A DNA stretch of 63,778 nucleotides, the filler included, from Circinaria calcarea (lineage: Eukaryota), in the NCBI GenBank assembly GCA_051942165.1. It is 54 parts of 54 records of this genome, joined end to end, with 100 filler letters (N's around TTAATTAATTAA, not from the genome) between each part and the next. Parts side by side here need not be neighbours in the genome. Positions count along the whole stretch, not along the records: positions 22,656 to 23,740 come from JAVECS010005347.1; positions 23,841 to 24,924 come from JAVECS010005348.1; positions 25,025 to 26,108 come from JAVECS010005349.1; positions 26,209 to 27,292 come from JAVECS010005350.1; positions 27,393 to 28,476 come from JAVECS010005351.1; positions 28,577 to 29,659 come from JAVECS010005352.1; positions 29,760 to 30,841 come from JAVECS010005353.1; positions 30,942 to 32,022 come from JAVECS010005354.1; 46 more parts are not named here. One strand, given 5' to 3'. Shown piece by piece: positions 23,222 to 35,665 of the stretch (positions within the stretch are counted from its first letter, which is position 1; each line of letters opens with the position of its first letter). The notes beneath the pieces are model-generated. The model did no database searches and was not told the DNA's origin. It saw only the letters and a program-made list of their open reading frames with translations. The translations under genes were made by a program, and so were the position numbers.

Positions 23222-24565
23222 AATAGCAGGAAGCTAGATAGATTGTTCGTTTCACAGTACAAATTACGCCTACAAGGTTAACAAAATTGCCACTGTGCGG
23301 CCGCTATTTCATCAATAGCCGAAAGTGGCTGTCGCCGAAAGTGGCTTCGATAAGTGGCTCCTCGAAGACAAGCCCGAAGTTTTCCGAGTTCAACCAGCAG
23401 CTGTATGCCATGTCTGATTGCAATTTACCGGGACATCTCGTTGCTTCTACGCTGCAATCTTCGAATCATGGCTGCGAATTGTGAGGCTGGATTTTAGATT
23501 CACAGCATGAATCCGGAGCTCATTATAGACGTGGCTAGACCGCCATAAAGTGAGGTAGCAGCAGATTATGGTGGATCTCTGCGCTGTACATTCCACTCAC
23601 ACAGCCGCCATATTTTTACAGGTTCCCGCTAACGATATAACCCTGGTGTAATCTTCATTTTATCTGTTCTTGGTCGATCTTACTTGGTCGATCTTACTTG
23701 CCCGAACATCTCCACTCACCAAATATGTATTCTATTCAACNNNNNNNNNNNNNNNNNNNNNNNNNNNNNNNNNNNNNNNNNNNNTTAATTAATTAANNNN
23801 NNNNNNNNNNNNNNNNNNNNNNNNNNNNNNNNNNNNNNNNCTTTTCCTCTTGCTCCTCGGTATTTCCTCCTCGGTATCGGTCTCGCTATCCTAGGATCTT
23901 TATTATTTCCAAAAAGGTTTTAGGTATTCCATTGGGCCCTCTCGCCCCGTAATTCTTCTTCTTCTATTTTTTGGGACAGGGAAGCGAGGTTACGGTGACG
24001 GTTGGAATTAAATTTCCCTAATTTCTCAATCCCCTCCCACCCTCCGCCCCCTCTCTTTTTATAATTTCTCTTGGCTTTTTCTTCGGAGGAAGTTTTTTCT
24101 TGTGTTTTTTCCCCTACCATTTTTCTCAAAATCCAAAAAAAATAAAAACGGGGACGAATAATCAGAAATGATCGAAAATGAAGGAAAAGAAGAAGAAGTA
24201 GAAGCAAAACAGAAAGGAGTTCTTTCATTCTCCCCATCCATCCTTAAACTTCAGCCTTTTTCAGCCTTTCAGCTTCTTTCTCGGCTTTTCTTTTACTTTA
24301 CTTTGCATCGCTTTAGTTTAATTTGACCTGGCGAAAGGGGGAGCGGGAGCGGGAGCGGGAGCGGGAGACTTAAAGGGTTAAGGTTAGAGATAGGGATTTT
24401 AACAAGCCGAGAGAATGCAAGAGAAGTAGAAAGAATAGATAGCACAAACAGACAGACAGACAGACAGACAGCCTCAAGGAAGGGAAACAAAATAGCTAGC
24501 TGGGTAGTTTGGGGAAGAAAGGGGGGAGAAGCAGACGGGCCAATGGCCATGGAGGAGCTTGATTT

Positions 24566-24610
24566 CAGTCCAGTCCAGTCCAGTCCAGTCCAGTCCAGTC
24601 CAGTCCAGTC
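24566..24610 (+). repeat. (CAGTC)n microsatellite in an SSR-rich non-coding contig
   Basis: About 9 units; (GAGCGG)n and (CAGA)n nearby. Confidence 0.95.
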
Positions 24611-25024
24611 CACTCTGCATGCATGCATGCATGAATGCCTTTTTTTCGGTAGCGTAGCCATTGTTATTGATACGGATACTACTATCAAGATTACTAAACC
24701 GTTTAGGAAAAAAAACTTTGTAGAGACGTTCATACATGTATCTAGGACCCCACCCCCTTCCCAAAACAACGACCAAAACAGCTAACCAATACCCGTACCC
24801 CGTTCCCTAGCTTCACCCTAAAACCCAACAAACCCAAGCATGCAAATCAAGCATCCAACCTCCCAATCCCATCCTTCCCTCTCTCCTGCCTCTTCCTCTC
24901 CTTCTCCCTTCCTCCCTTCAGACCNNNNNNNNNNNNNNNNNNNNNNNNNNNNNNNNNNNNNNNNNNNNTTAATTAATTAANNNNNNNNNNNNNNNNNNNN
25001 NNNNNNNNNNNNNNNNNNNNNNNN

Positions 25025-25207
25025 ATTGAGGCGGAGGCAGATGGGAATGCAGCTGCGGCATAGTGCGACTTGCGAATCTAGTTTTTCTTGGTTTTCGTCC
25101 TTTTCAAGGTTTGGGGATGATTCACATGAGTGTTTCTCACAGGGACTCTTGGGGAATGGTGATGATGCTGCTATTGCTGCTACTGCCCAGAGGTTGGCAA
25201 GTAGCAT
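25025..25207 (-). CDS. Possible small secreted Cys-containing protein, N-terminus
   Basis: Signal-peptide-like 'MLLANLWAVAAIAASSP'. Confidence 0.3.
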
Positions 25208-27392
25208 TTATCGATCTCAGAACTGTACAGTAATCGCGTTACTTTTGGTTCTATTCTGTTCTGTTCTATTCTGTGCGAAACCATACATACATTCCGGAAA
25301 CCATTTCCCCCCCCCTGGTTCCTTTAACACTGGATGAAACGTGCTTACTGGAGCTCGATCGAGGCTCGAAAACGGAACTGTCTTGGAGAATCGAAACGGG
25401 GAAGAAGAAGAAGAAGAAAAAAGAAAAGAAAAGAAAAATATAGACCATTTGTTTTCGGCTATATACTTCGGGCCAGGTTACGTTACCCTGTCAAAATTTG
25501 TCTATCTTTTCTTCTCAATTTGCCAACCACCCCCCACCCCAAAACCACCTTCCCTGTGGAATAAATCTCTATATCCCATCTCGTCTTCGTCTATTGCCTG
25601 CTCTTCCTTCTTCCTGCCCACCCCCCAGTCTTACAGTTCCTGACCCCGCTTTTCAAACCCCAAAAAATCCTGGACCAGAAAACCCCCTGGTTATTTAAAT
25701 TTGCGGGTCGAGAGAGAGCTGCAAATTTTGCCATGGGGGTACCTACTTTTCTTTTTCAAGTACAGGAACGTATACGGTTTTCCGCCGGGGGGGGGTGGGG
25801 GAAGGGACTGTACTAATCGATGAATAGTACGCTACAGGGCAAATGACAGCCCACAAGCGGTCTGAATACGTGTCACGTCACACTGCCCAAAGAATAGAGT
25901 AGAAGTAGAATGATTCTATTGTCCGGTCGGGAAAACCCCCACTCTAAAATACACACAATCTCGCATGCACTTTCCCCTTTTGGCTCAGGAAGACGCACCA
26001 CAGTACCGGAAAGATTCCGGGCACGTACTTTTCGTACCTAGGAGGGAGAAAAGTTTTGGGGGGCAAGGGGAGTTATATCAATTCTACTCCGTACGGAGAT
26101 CCTAATGGNNNNNNNNNNNNNNNNNNNNNNNNNNNNNNNNNNNNNNNNNNNNTTAATTAATTAANNNNNNNNNNNNNNNNNNNNNNNNNNNNNNNNNNNN
26201 NNNNNNNNTTCGCTTGACATCCGGGTTTCGAGCCTCGTGAGTTCGCCGATCCATTGCCTCCCCCCCTTCCCCTGGTTCCCGCATCAAAACCTCGAAAAGT
26301 CGCTAATCCATAGGCAAAGATCCAAGCCGTTCGAACCCACGGCGCCGCCATCGTCAAAGTTCGGCTCGTTTACGGCATGGCGAGGCCGGTGGGGTATGAG
26401 TGGTGGGTGGAGGGCGGGGGCCCGTTGGAGGTTCGTGTTGAAATCCCCCCTGATTTTTTTGATCTGACCGGGGTTTGAAAGGCTGGCGAAGCTGATGTGG
26501 GTGGTGTGTGTCTAGGATGCCATTGAGGCGATGGAGGCGATGGATCTGCGTGAGAGGCAGGATGAGAGGCCTCCGGCTGGGTTTACGTTCAATCTTGCTA
26601 TACGGATACGAAAGGGGGAGGAGGAGGGGTGCCATGTAAATAGATGAAGGGTTGGGTTGGCTGCAAGTTCACGAGTTCAGAATCTCACCGAGCAGCATCC
26701 GAGACTTTCGCCTCGTCGAATTGGTCGGATTCTTTTAACGATAAAAAGAGTAGAGTAGGAACAGTCTTTTCAATTCGGTTCCTCCTAAAAAAAAATACCA
26801 TCCCCGTTTTCCCTACGTTTCTTCGCTTCCTCAACTTCCGCTTCTTCTTTTACTCTACGCACCGAAACCTTCGTTATGAAAACCGGGATGGGATTTGGAA
26901 GAAAAAAAAGGGGCTAGATTTCTCATGCTCATGGCTTATTAAGCGGGGTTAGAGCATAGCAAATGGCCGGTATGTGATTTCCATGAAAAAAAAAAAACTT
27001 CGTTTTCGATTGTTTCCTAATCATTTACCGGGAGAGGGGAAAACACGAGCGCGCTTTACCCGGGTTTTGGTTATTTGAAAAACCCCCCCCCCCGGGGCAA
27101 ATCGCGCGCGGTCTTTACTGTACACCCGCTTCCATATTCTGTTACCCACAAACCTCGCTTTCTTCCCAACTGGAATCAGGGAGTTCCCCCCGCATCCCCT
27201 TGGTAAAAATCCCCAGTAAAACATCCCAATGTTGGATTTTAGAAAAACTCCGCATTTCCCCCGGCCTGGCCAAACCTTCAAAGCTTTTTCCGNNNNNNNN
27301 NNNNNNNNNNNNNNNNNNNNNNNNNNNNNNNNNNNNTTAATTAATTAANNNNNNNNNNNNNNNNNNNNNNNNNNNNNNNNNNNNNNNNNNNN

Positions 27393-27680
27393 GTTACATA
27401 GGGTGTAGTTGAACTGTTGCCCTAGGCTCAATATAAAAGGAGTATATTGAACTCGTTATGGGTCTATAAGCATACTATTCTAAAGAGTGGAAATAGTCTG
27501 CTATATATAAGGTCCTGAGTATTCTGAGCACCCGGAGCACTACCCTGCTCACTCCGCTCAGTCTGCTTGGTGTGAGCACCCTGAGCACAGTCTTGGCGAC
27601 TCTGCTCACTCTGCTCCAGTTAAGCGAGAACCTCCTACTAGTCTCTATGGGGTCTAGTGCCTTGGTATGGCGCCATAACA
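27393..27680 (-). mobile_element. Solo LTR family B, copy 1
   Basis: Terminus GGCGCCATAACA; block TATAAGCATACTATTCTAAAGAG shared with 51466-51775 and with the reverse complement of 52593-52840. Confidence 0.7.
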
Positions 27681-27775
27681 GTATGGTAGGGTTCGTAAAA
27701 GAGGGGTTCTCCGGTGGATGGATGCTCTTGTTATTTTTTTTTTGGGGGGGGGGGGATCTTGAGCTAACTTAATCC

Positions 27776-28157
27776 AATCTAATCTAATCTAACGTTCATA
27801 TCTCAAAAAGGGGAATCTTCATTGTTTTTTCGAGGATTTAATTTCCGATTTTTATATCCCTAGTGTTAAATAGAGAGCTAAGCATACCGTGTACTATATA
27901 GAAGTTCTGTATTGCCCGTATTAATAGTAGCGCGGGTCGTAGAAATTTCCCCTGACCTTCGCACGTTGCGAACTATACACGTTACACAATATACAGACTA
28001 TTGCGTATACATCGAATACCGTCTTAATGCATTTCTTAATCCACTCCCTGCTAAACCTTTAACAATCTAATCTGATCTAACGTTCATATCTCAAAAAGGG
28101 GAATCCTTCGTTGTTTTTTTCGAGGATCTTACTTTTCGATTTTTATATCTCTAGTGT
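27776..28157 (+). repeat. ~90-bp direct repeat pair (about 27776-27866 and 28064-28157)
   Basis: ATCTAACGTTCATATCTCAAAAAGGGGAATC...CTAGTGT present twice. Confidence 0.85.
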
Positions 28158-28686
28158 GAGGCTGTAGAGTACTTTACTTGAAAAATATCTAAAGCTAAGG
28201 TATGTGGTGGTAATGTGAGGCACGAGTAATACGATGGCTATACGCAGTATGGGGCGAGAACTAATCATTACAGGAGAAGAAGTGTGCGAGTGAAAGGTTT
28301 TTTCACTATGCGTCAAGACGCTATCTAAGCGACGTATTGCCACCCCCCTAACCGTAGGGCCTGACATCTAGAGGTTTTTTTTTATTTCTTTTTGGTTGAG
28401 GGGTGTGAGGGCGTGTGGGGGGGGATTTTTAATATCTATTATATGGCCGCGAGTACGGGACTACGGGTATGGGAATNNNNNNNNNNNNNNNNNNNNNNNN
28501 NNNNNNNNNNNNNNNNNNNNTTAATTAATTAANNNNNNNNNNNNNNNNNNNNNNNNNNNNNNNNNNNNNNNNNNNNTTCGCAGCAGCTTATAGCCTTACA
28601 GCGGCCATGCCGGTGTATATCGAGCTGCTCCTCATACTTCGAGAATCACTAAATGTAGTCTTCACAAGCCTACATAAGGGTCATAC

Positions 28687-28930
28687 CTTTATTACTTCCT
28701 GCCAGCCGGAAAGCTGCTAATGTTCTGATGATCCCAAAGAAATCCTGCGAAAGCACCGTAGTGACTCTGGCTTGTTGAGGATCCGGACGATGTATGGTTA
28801 GACGCGAGCCTGATGCCGTAACAATCTGTTGTTCCTTTGTGCCAGCGAATTGACCAAGGATGGCCTGAGTAATGGAGGATGGAGGTTGGATGGTCAAGGA
28901 GTACATGAACATAGACGAGGTGGTCGCCAT
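28687..28930 (-). CDS. RSE1: U2 snRNP SF3b subunit Rse1 (SF3B3), exon 1
   Basis: '[29 protein letters not shown]...[17 protein letters not shown]' followed by a GTATGA donor. Confidence 0.95.
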
Positions 28931-29206
28931 GGTGTAGATTCCTTAGCCCGAAGGCTCAAGCTATGGCTGAGTCCTTGGGTAGAGCTGGCAGTCGTTAACC
29001 TCGCGATTCGACCTATTTAAAAGTGTCGGTGGACCTTTTATCTATCATAGAACTGCGTGTAGCCTGGTTGAAATTCACGCTCGAAGTCGGTAGAGAAAAT
29101 GGCGGCTGCGCTCGCTTGTGATTGGTCAGTGCGACAGTGACGGGTCCAAATCGATATTGAAGGCCAGTACAGAGCACCGTGGACTTCGGAGCCTGAGAGT
29201 TTAACA

Positions 29207-29659
29207 ATGCAGTCTGGATATACGTGTTTACGATGCATGGGCCCTTTGAGACATGCAGCTAGTCTAAAGAATGGCTTTACGGGACCTTCATCTATATGGC
29301 ACTCAGCAAAGCACGGTCGATGGATCTCTACCAGACGGGATGGGTCCAAACAACTTGGAAATGTACGACTTCGTATCAGTCCAAGCCCGGCAAGGAGAAA
29401 ACCCGCTGTGGAATTCCAGGGCCAATACGCCAGGGACGAGCCCTTAGAACTACGAACACCTACCGGTCTTGCATCGACTCCACCTCCTGAAGTTAGCGGC
29501 CGAGCACTGCTCCAGCCCGACAATCTATTCCACTCCTTCTCGAATTCGCCTTCCCCAGAAATCCGGCGGAGAGCTGCCTTTATCAAGCAGCACGCCTATT
29601 GTCCACATCCGAGTCACCATCAAACACGCTTGCCCGCCGCACCTTCCGATCCCGAGGCC
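29207..29659 (+). CDS. MSS51: Mitochondrial COX1 translation/assembly factor Mss51, N-terminus
   Basis: Arg-rich presequence, then 'NLFHSFSNSPSPEIRRRAAFIKQHAYCPHP'. Confidence 0.8.
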
Positions 29660-29759
29660 NNNNNNNNNNNNNNNNNNNNNNNNNNNNNNNNNNNNNNNNN
29701 NNNTTAATTAATTAANNNNNNNNNNNNNNNNNNNNNNNNNNNNNNNNNNNNNNNNNNNN

Positions 29760-30796
29760 ACCTTCTCTCCCAACGGTGCGACACTGGAACTCTGCGCAAT
29801 CGTATCCGCCGGACCCGTTGCCGTCGTATCCCCTTGCATCCCACTCTTCTTGCACCCGCTGCAAGCACACTTGCCGGGCTCACAAGGGCAGGCCCCGTCG
29901 TTTCCACCACATGTACACGTAGTCTTTTCTGTACCGGGGACGTTCTTCATACTCTTCTCATTCTGCTCGTAGCTCCCTCCACCACTGCCACCACCGCCAC
30001 CGGAGGAAGACTTGCCGCTCTTCAGGTCAGCCAGGCGACGTGCCTCAGCATGGATATCTTGCACCTGTTTATTACTCGAGGTGTAAAAGGCCGCGAGTTT
30101 CTGACCCGTGGGCGTGCCCAGGGCTTTCTCAAAGTAGGAGTTTAGGCCGCGCCATCCCGTGTACGCCTTATCGGTAATGCCGTAGCTCGCGTCGAGACCC
30201 TTGGCCTTGTCGGTGGCATGGTACTTGGAATCAAAAGAGGCTAGAGCGTTGGTGAAACGGGTCGAGACGCCATGCTTGTTATCCAGTGCGATGGCGCGCT
30301 GCAGAGCGGTATCACTGAGGACGTATCCGTGGGCGAGGTACTCGGCAACTATACGTGATCGGGGCTTATCTTCTTGCGTGATGTTCTCATCATGGGCGTC
30401 TTCAGCCCCGGTGGCTTTGCCGGCGCTGGAGGCCAGATCATCGAGACCGGCCGCACTCGAGACCTGCACCTGGGATGGTCCGAGCTGGGTGTTGTCAAGG
30501 AGGAGAGCGGTCTTTGCGGCACTGCTGCACGTCAGGGACCCGACTCCTTACCACGGCATGCCACCACGAGAACGATGGAATCACGCACGTTTCTTTCTCA
30601 AAGGTGACTGTCGCAGACTTTGGGCTGTCGGCTGCTTCGGACGTGGGGGTGACTGAGAGCGAGGTGATTTTGCCACTGGTGATATTGTCAGCGTGGTCAG
30701 ACGAGGCAGCGGATGACCTTCTCGGGTGGAGACATGCCAGAAGCTGAAGAAGTCTCGAACTTCCTTCTCGCTAGTTTGATGTGAAATATTCTTCAC
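29760..30796 (-). CDS. vip1: Vip1-like RRM protein (partial, introns)
   Basis: 'VKNIS.QTSEKEVRDFFSF|CGKITSLSV...ATVTFEKET|AAKTALLLDNTQL' and 'QEDKPRSRIVAEYLAHGY'. Confidence 0.88.
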
Positions 30797-33303
30797 CTGT
30801 GGCGCGCGGTCAGAGGTTGGGTCGGATGGCTGTGAGGGATGNNNNNNNNNNNNNNNNNNNNNNNNNNNNNNNNNNNNNNNNNNNNTTAATTAATTAANNN
30901 NNNNNNNNNNNNNNNNNNNNNNNNNNNNNNNNNNNNNNNNNCCCCTACCTTAGTCCATATAACATCGAACGAGAGGTAATCCTCCGCCCCTTGATCCAGC
31001 CCAGCCCAGCCCATCCCAGGCAAAACTCAACCCAGGCCCAGTCCACGTCCTAGCCCAGATTAAACTCAACCTGAACCAGCAACCCCATGCCGCATGCTTA
31101 CACCGACGTTACAGCGCAGCATAATCCCCACCCCTTTTCCTCCGCAGATTGCATTGATGCCGGAAAAAAGAGAGAAACGAAAAACCCCGAAAGTGAAAAG
31201 AGAAAGGCGAAAAAGAAGAGCGATGGGAATTTCCTGATTTTGGAAAGGAACAAGGAAGGGGGTTGGAAATCGGGAAAATCGGGGGCATCCGGACTTGGAT
31301 GAGACCGGGATTTCCAACGGAAATGATAAAACTCACAGAACTTTTGGGGGGCGGGGGGGTTTCCACACGTGGCTGTTAACGAGAGACCCTGACGACCTGC
31401 TTTGGAAATTTTGGTTCGCCAGACTGCTGGGAAGTTCTTCCTCTAACATTCTAAAGAGACATCTATCTTCCCTGCATTTAAATCACCTCTCTTATGGTAA
31501 TCCGGCCCCGTAAACCGTATAAAAATGTCAAAAATCACCGTATCGTAAAAGAATTTCTCGAATTTCGGTTTTTTTTTCATGCGCAGAACAAACAGCTACT
31601 ATTAACTCCTCGAAATAAAAATCACATAGGAGTAAACCCCCCCAAAATCGGGGAATTTAGCTTATGATACGGGTAAGCAACCGGTCGGATTTTATGGGAA
31701 TAAGCCACGACGTGTAAAAAAAAAAAATTTCCAAGTTCTAGACGGAGGGTGAATAAAAGATGGGAAAGCCTCCAGATTAGGATTTCGCGAGCTGTGTTGG
31801 TTTAAATTATAGATATAGTTCATATTAAGATAACAAGGATAAGCTACCTGAAAGCTTGTATTGGTATTGCGCTGCTTTGTTGTGGGGGGCTCACTGTTGT
31901 CAAACTGAGTGCATTTCCTTTCCCCTTTTTTTTCTTTTTCCCCTTTCCTGGCGCAAGTAGATAAGTTCGGTATGGCTGGCAATCGATAGTATTGTGGCAG
32001 AAAAGGGGGTTGGTTGGTGTGGNNNNNNNNNNNNNNNNNNNNNNNNNNNNNNNNNNNNNNNNNNNNTTAATTAATTAANNNNNNNNNNNNNNNNNNNNNN
32101 NNNNNNNNNNNNNNNNNNNNNNGGAAAGAAAGGAAATGAGGGAGGGGGAGAGAAGTGAAATGGATGAATGAATGGGTAGATGGCATAACCCTAGCTAGCG
32201 TACCTTACGAGCTTCATATCTCTCAGAGGAGGCGCCGAGAATTGGAAACCTATGGGCCTTGAAGATATAACTTAAATACTTGTAGCTTCCTTAACCCCCC
32301 TACTTTCTATCCTATCTTATCCTAACCAAGAGTGGCGTTTGCCCACTGACGGACAGACAGACAGACCTGGCTAAGGGCTAACTAACGTTATGTATACTTT
32401 TCCTCTCTTCCTCTCTCTTCCTCCCCCCCCCTCTCTCTCACACACTTCTCCCCAGAGGAGAGATGGGAAGAAAAAAAAAAAGAGTCAGCCCAGGCCTGCC
32501 TATCTGTCAACAAACAAGTCAGATCAACCAGTAAGAAAACCAAATCGTGGGGCCCCCCTTCCCTGTTTCCAATTCCAAAACTTCAAACCCTTCCTTCCCC
32601 CCCACAATCCACGGGTCACCATTATTAAAAAAGAAACAGAATACCTTTGTAAACCCAACCAAAAAGCCTCTTCTCTCTCCCTTCCGCCTCCCACCCAAAA
32701 ATACTAAAAGTACTAAAAGTAAAAATGGCATCACCTCACCACACCACACCACACCCCACCCCCGAGGCACGGGCTATGCAAAAAGCGAGAAGGGGAAGGG
32801 GAAAAAAAAAAAAAAAAAAAAAAGAGGGCAGAGTCCGACAAAGAAAACCAAAAAACGACGGAAAAAGCCTCCCAGCCCCAGCGCTCGTTCTTGCCGCATG
32901 ACCCAATCTTTTTTTTTCGTTCTTCACTTTCATTCGATGGTTTTGCCTCTCCAACCAGAACCAGGTGTAGGAAAACCCCCCTCCCCTCCCCCAAAAAGAA
33001 AATGCCCGACAGGAATAAAAAAAAACCACCGAAGAACGGGCTTGGTATCACGGAATGAAAGGGAGAGAAAAAAAAAATTCCTCTTAAACGCCTCCCCACG
33101 CAGTCGATTCGTACCATCAACCCAAAAATTTCCCCCTCCTCATCATACTTCATCGCGCATCACAAATTCATTCCTCTATCCCCTCGCCCCTCTCCCCCAA
33201 TCCNNNNNNNNNNNNNNNNNNNNNNNNNNNNNNNNNNNNNNNNNNNNTTAATTAATTAANNNNNNNNNNNNNNNNNNNNNNNNNNNNNNNNNNNNNNNNN
33301 NNN

Positions 33304-33669
33304 ACCTTCAAAATCCGCCATGTACGTCCACACATTGGAGTTCAAGGCATTGACGACCATCTTCCTATCGGTGGGCCCTGTAATCTCAACTCTTCTATCG
33401 ATCATACCTGGCGCTGGCGGAGCACCTTTCCATGCATCGTTCTCGCGAACATGCCGCGTTTCGGGCAGAAAATCGGGTAAGACGCCCCTGTCAAGTTCTT
33501 CTTGTCTTGAGACACGAAGTTCCAGTAACTTTTTACGCTGCGCATTGAATGAACGATGGAGCAGTGCAAGGAAAGCAGTGGCTTCCTTGCTTAGGACCCT
33601 GCGAGTCTGGTCATTGAGAGGGCCGAGAATGGCCACGCCTTGAAGGACGTTGTCGATGTTATTGGCCAT
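33304..33669 (-). CDS. MLS1: Malate synthase A, first exon
   Basis: '[13 protein letters not shown]...[31 protein letters not shown]'. Confidence 0.97.
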
Positions 33670-33744
33670 GTTTAGTGCGGCTTATATGTGCTGAGTTTTC
33701 GGGAAGAAGGGTCAATCGAATGCTCATTTTTTTTCGTGCGAGCC

Positions 33745-33895
33745 TATTTATCTTTCCTATGTTCAACTCGTCGGCGGAACGGAAAAGGGCTTACGGAACT
33801 TAAGGGTACCGCAGCACATTAATGACGCTTTACCTCGGGACATTCAAGCTGTTTTGCGGGGAACCAGAGCTCTCAAAGCTCGTGAAAGCGCGGGG
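33745..33895 (-). promoter_or_regulatory. Malate synthase promoter with a CSRE/FacB-like site and two CreA-type boxes
   Basis: CGG-N6-GGA at 33772-33783; SYGGRG (GCGGGG) at 33856-33861 and 33890-33895; TATA-like ATAAATA at 33745-33751. Confidence 0.45.
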
Positions 33896-34110
33896 TGAAA
33901 GCCGCGGGAGCGCAATCGAAATATAAAGGGGATGTGACGAGAATTGGGTTCAAATCCCGACAGCGCTAATCGTCGAGGAGTTTACCACTAAGAGATCAAA
34001 AGCAACGCTATTACAGTTGGTTGGAAAAATCTCTACAAGTTTCCAAAATACTTCCCTTTTTTTATATAAATTAAAAATAAATATTAATTTAAATAACCAT
34101 ACCGAAATAA

Positions 34111-34330
34111 TATAAGGATCTTTTACGAATAGTATAACGATCTTACGATAAGGGTTGGTGAATTGTGTGATAATGAGCTCAATTGGTTTACATCAGCGTA
34201 TGAATTATTACTAAAAAGTTCTCGTATAATACTTCGCGAGGAAAACCTTTCTCGTTAAATCAATACCTCGTGACCTTAATGTATAATTCTTTTATAGGGT
34301 TCGTAGATGTTCTCCGGTAAAACCCTTATA
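34111..34330 (-). mobile_element. Solo LTR family A, RIP-eroded copy with 5-bp target-site duplication
   Basis: Reverse complement of 10778-10997; termini changed TGT->TAT; AATAA on both sides (34106-34110, 34331-34335). Confidence 0.8.
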
Positions 34331-34484
34331 AATAAATAATTAATAATTAAATTAAATTTTACGAGGGGTTGAAATATTTATAATNNNNNNNNNNNNNNNN
34401 NNNNNNNNNNNNNNNNNNNNNNNNNNNNTTAATTAATTAANNNNNNNNNNNNNNNNNNNNNNNNNNNNNNNNNNNNNNNNNNNN

Positions 34485-35442
34485 CTGCTCTTTCCGTGAA
34501 CCCAGCCTGATCCTGTAACCCGCCTTGTATGATGTTCCTCCAGACCCCGTCACTGCCAGCGGTTTTGCCGCCTTTTAGGTCATCAACAGCATCGTTGGTA
34601 TAGCCTGGATAAGTAAACTCCAATAGAGATTTCAGGTATATCCGCGGGACGTCAATGCTCCATCCGGGCGTAGTCCGGAAATCCTGATGACCCCCAAAAT
34701 AGAACCCTCTTCCGAGTTCTGGCACACTGATTCCGGCTCCTTCCGCTGCATTTTGCACTGGCTGTTTGCCCGCTTCACTATTAATCCCCGAAGAAGTCTG
34801 GGGGTTCTTGTGTTCTTTCCACGATGATGATGCGATATCGTATTCCCATAAAGAAAAAGGCGCAGGCGAGGGCAATGGGTCCTCGTTGTCAGCGTACGAT
34901 CCGCCATAAAGAAACAAGGAAGTGAGCGAGTTCCAGAGAAAAGCGTTAGCAACTGGAGGAGGTCCTGATGGCCGCGGCTGTGCCTTCAGAGCTGGCGCCG
35001 AAATTTCCCATTTCTTGGTCAAATCGAGCGTGAATAAATCGTTGTTCCAAGTGTCGGTGGTTTGCCTCGTCGCGTTGCTCGACTGCCCTCCATAGATATA
35101 TATTGTCCCATTCACTATCGCAGTTTGATGGGACCATCGTTTGCAGATATCCGTAGGGCTATCATCCCTCTCAACGAGCTCTGCATTCGTTTCATCAAGG
35201 ACTCTTCTTTCCGCGACTGGAGTTCGCACGACTGACGCCTCCACTCCGATCGCTAGGTATCCAGCCTTTCCAGCCAAAGGCGAATTGTGTAGTAGAGGTA
35301 AGAAGATTGCAAAAAATAGCGTAAAGTAGTAGAGTCGAGGGGTAGACGAAAGTAAACTTTGCCGCTGCGATACGGATGAAGTCGTTGATACAAGGGCTGA
35401 ATGCAGAGGTTTCCGAGCCATTGGGATGTTTGCAATCTCCAC
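34485..35442 (-). CDS. Kelch-repeat cell-surface/membrane protein, N-terminal part
   Basis: Hydrophobic leader; 'CKRWSHQTAIVNGTIYIYGG', 'LFLYGG', 'GFYFGG' kelch GG motifs. Confidence 0.85.
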
Positions 35443-35665
35443 GGCGGATGAACCGCTTGCACCAGAGTCGGGTGCCTCTTGTAGATCTAGCCGGTTGCAA
35501 AAACGAACCTGTTTCCCTGACCTCGCTGTACGTGGCAGTCGTGTGGTCGTGTCACCCTCCCTGTANNNNNNNNNNNNNNNNNNNNNNNNNNNNNNNNNNN
35601 NNNNNNNNNTTAATTAATTAANNNNNNNNNNNNNNNNNNNNNNNNNNNNNNNNNNNNNNNNNNNN

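Noticed and set aside
30942..33203. Lys/Pro/Phe-rich ORFs up to 234 aa
   Set aside because: Products of homopolymer-rich low-complexity DNA
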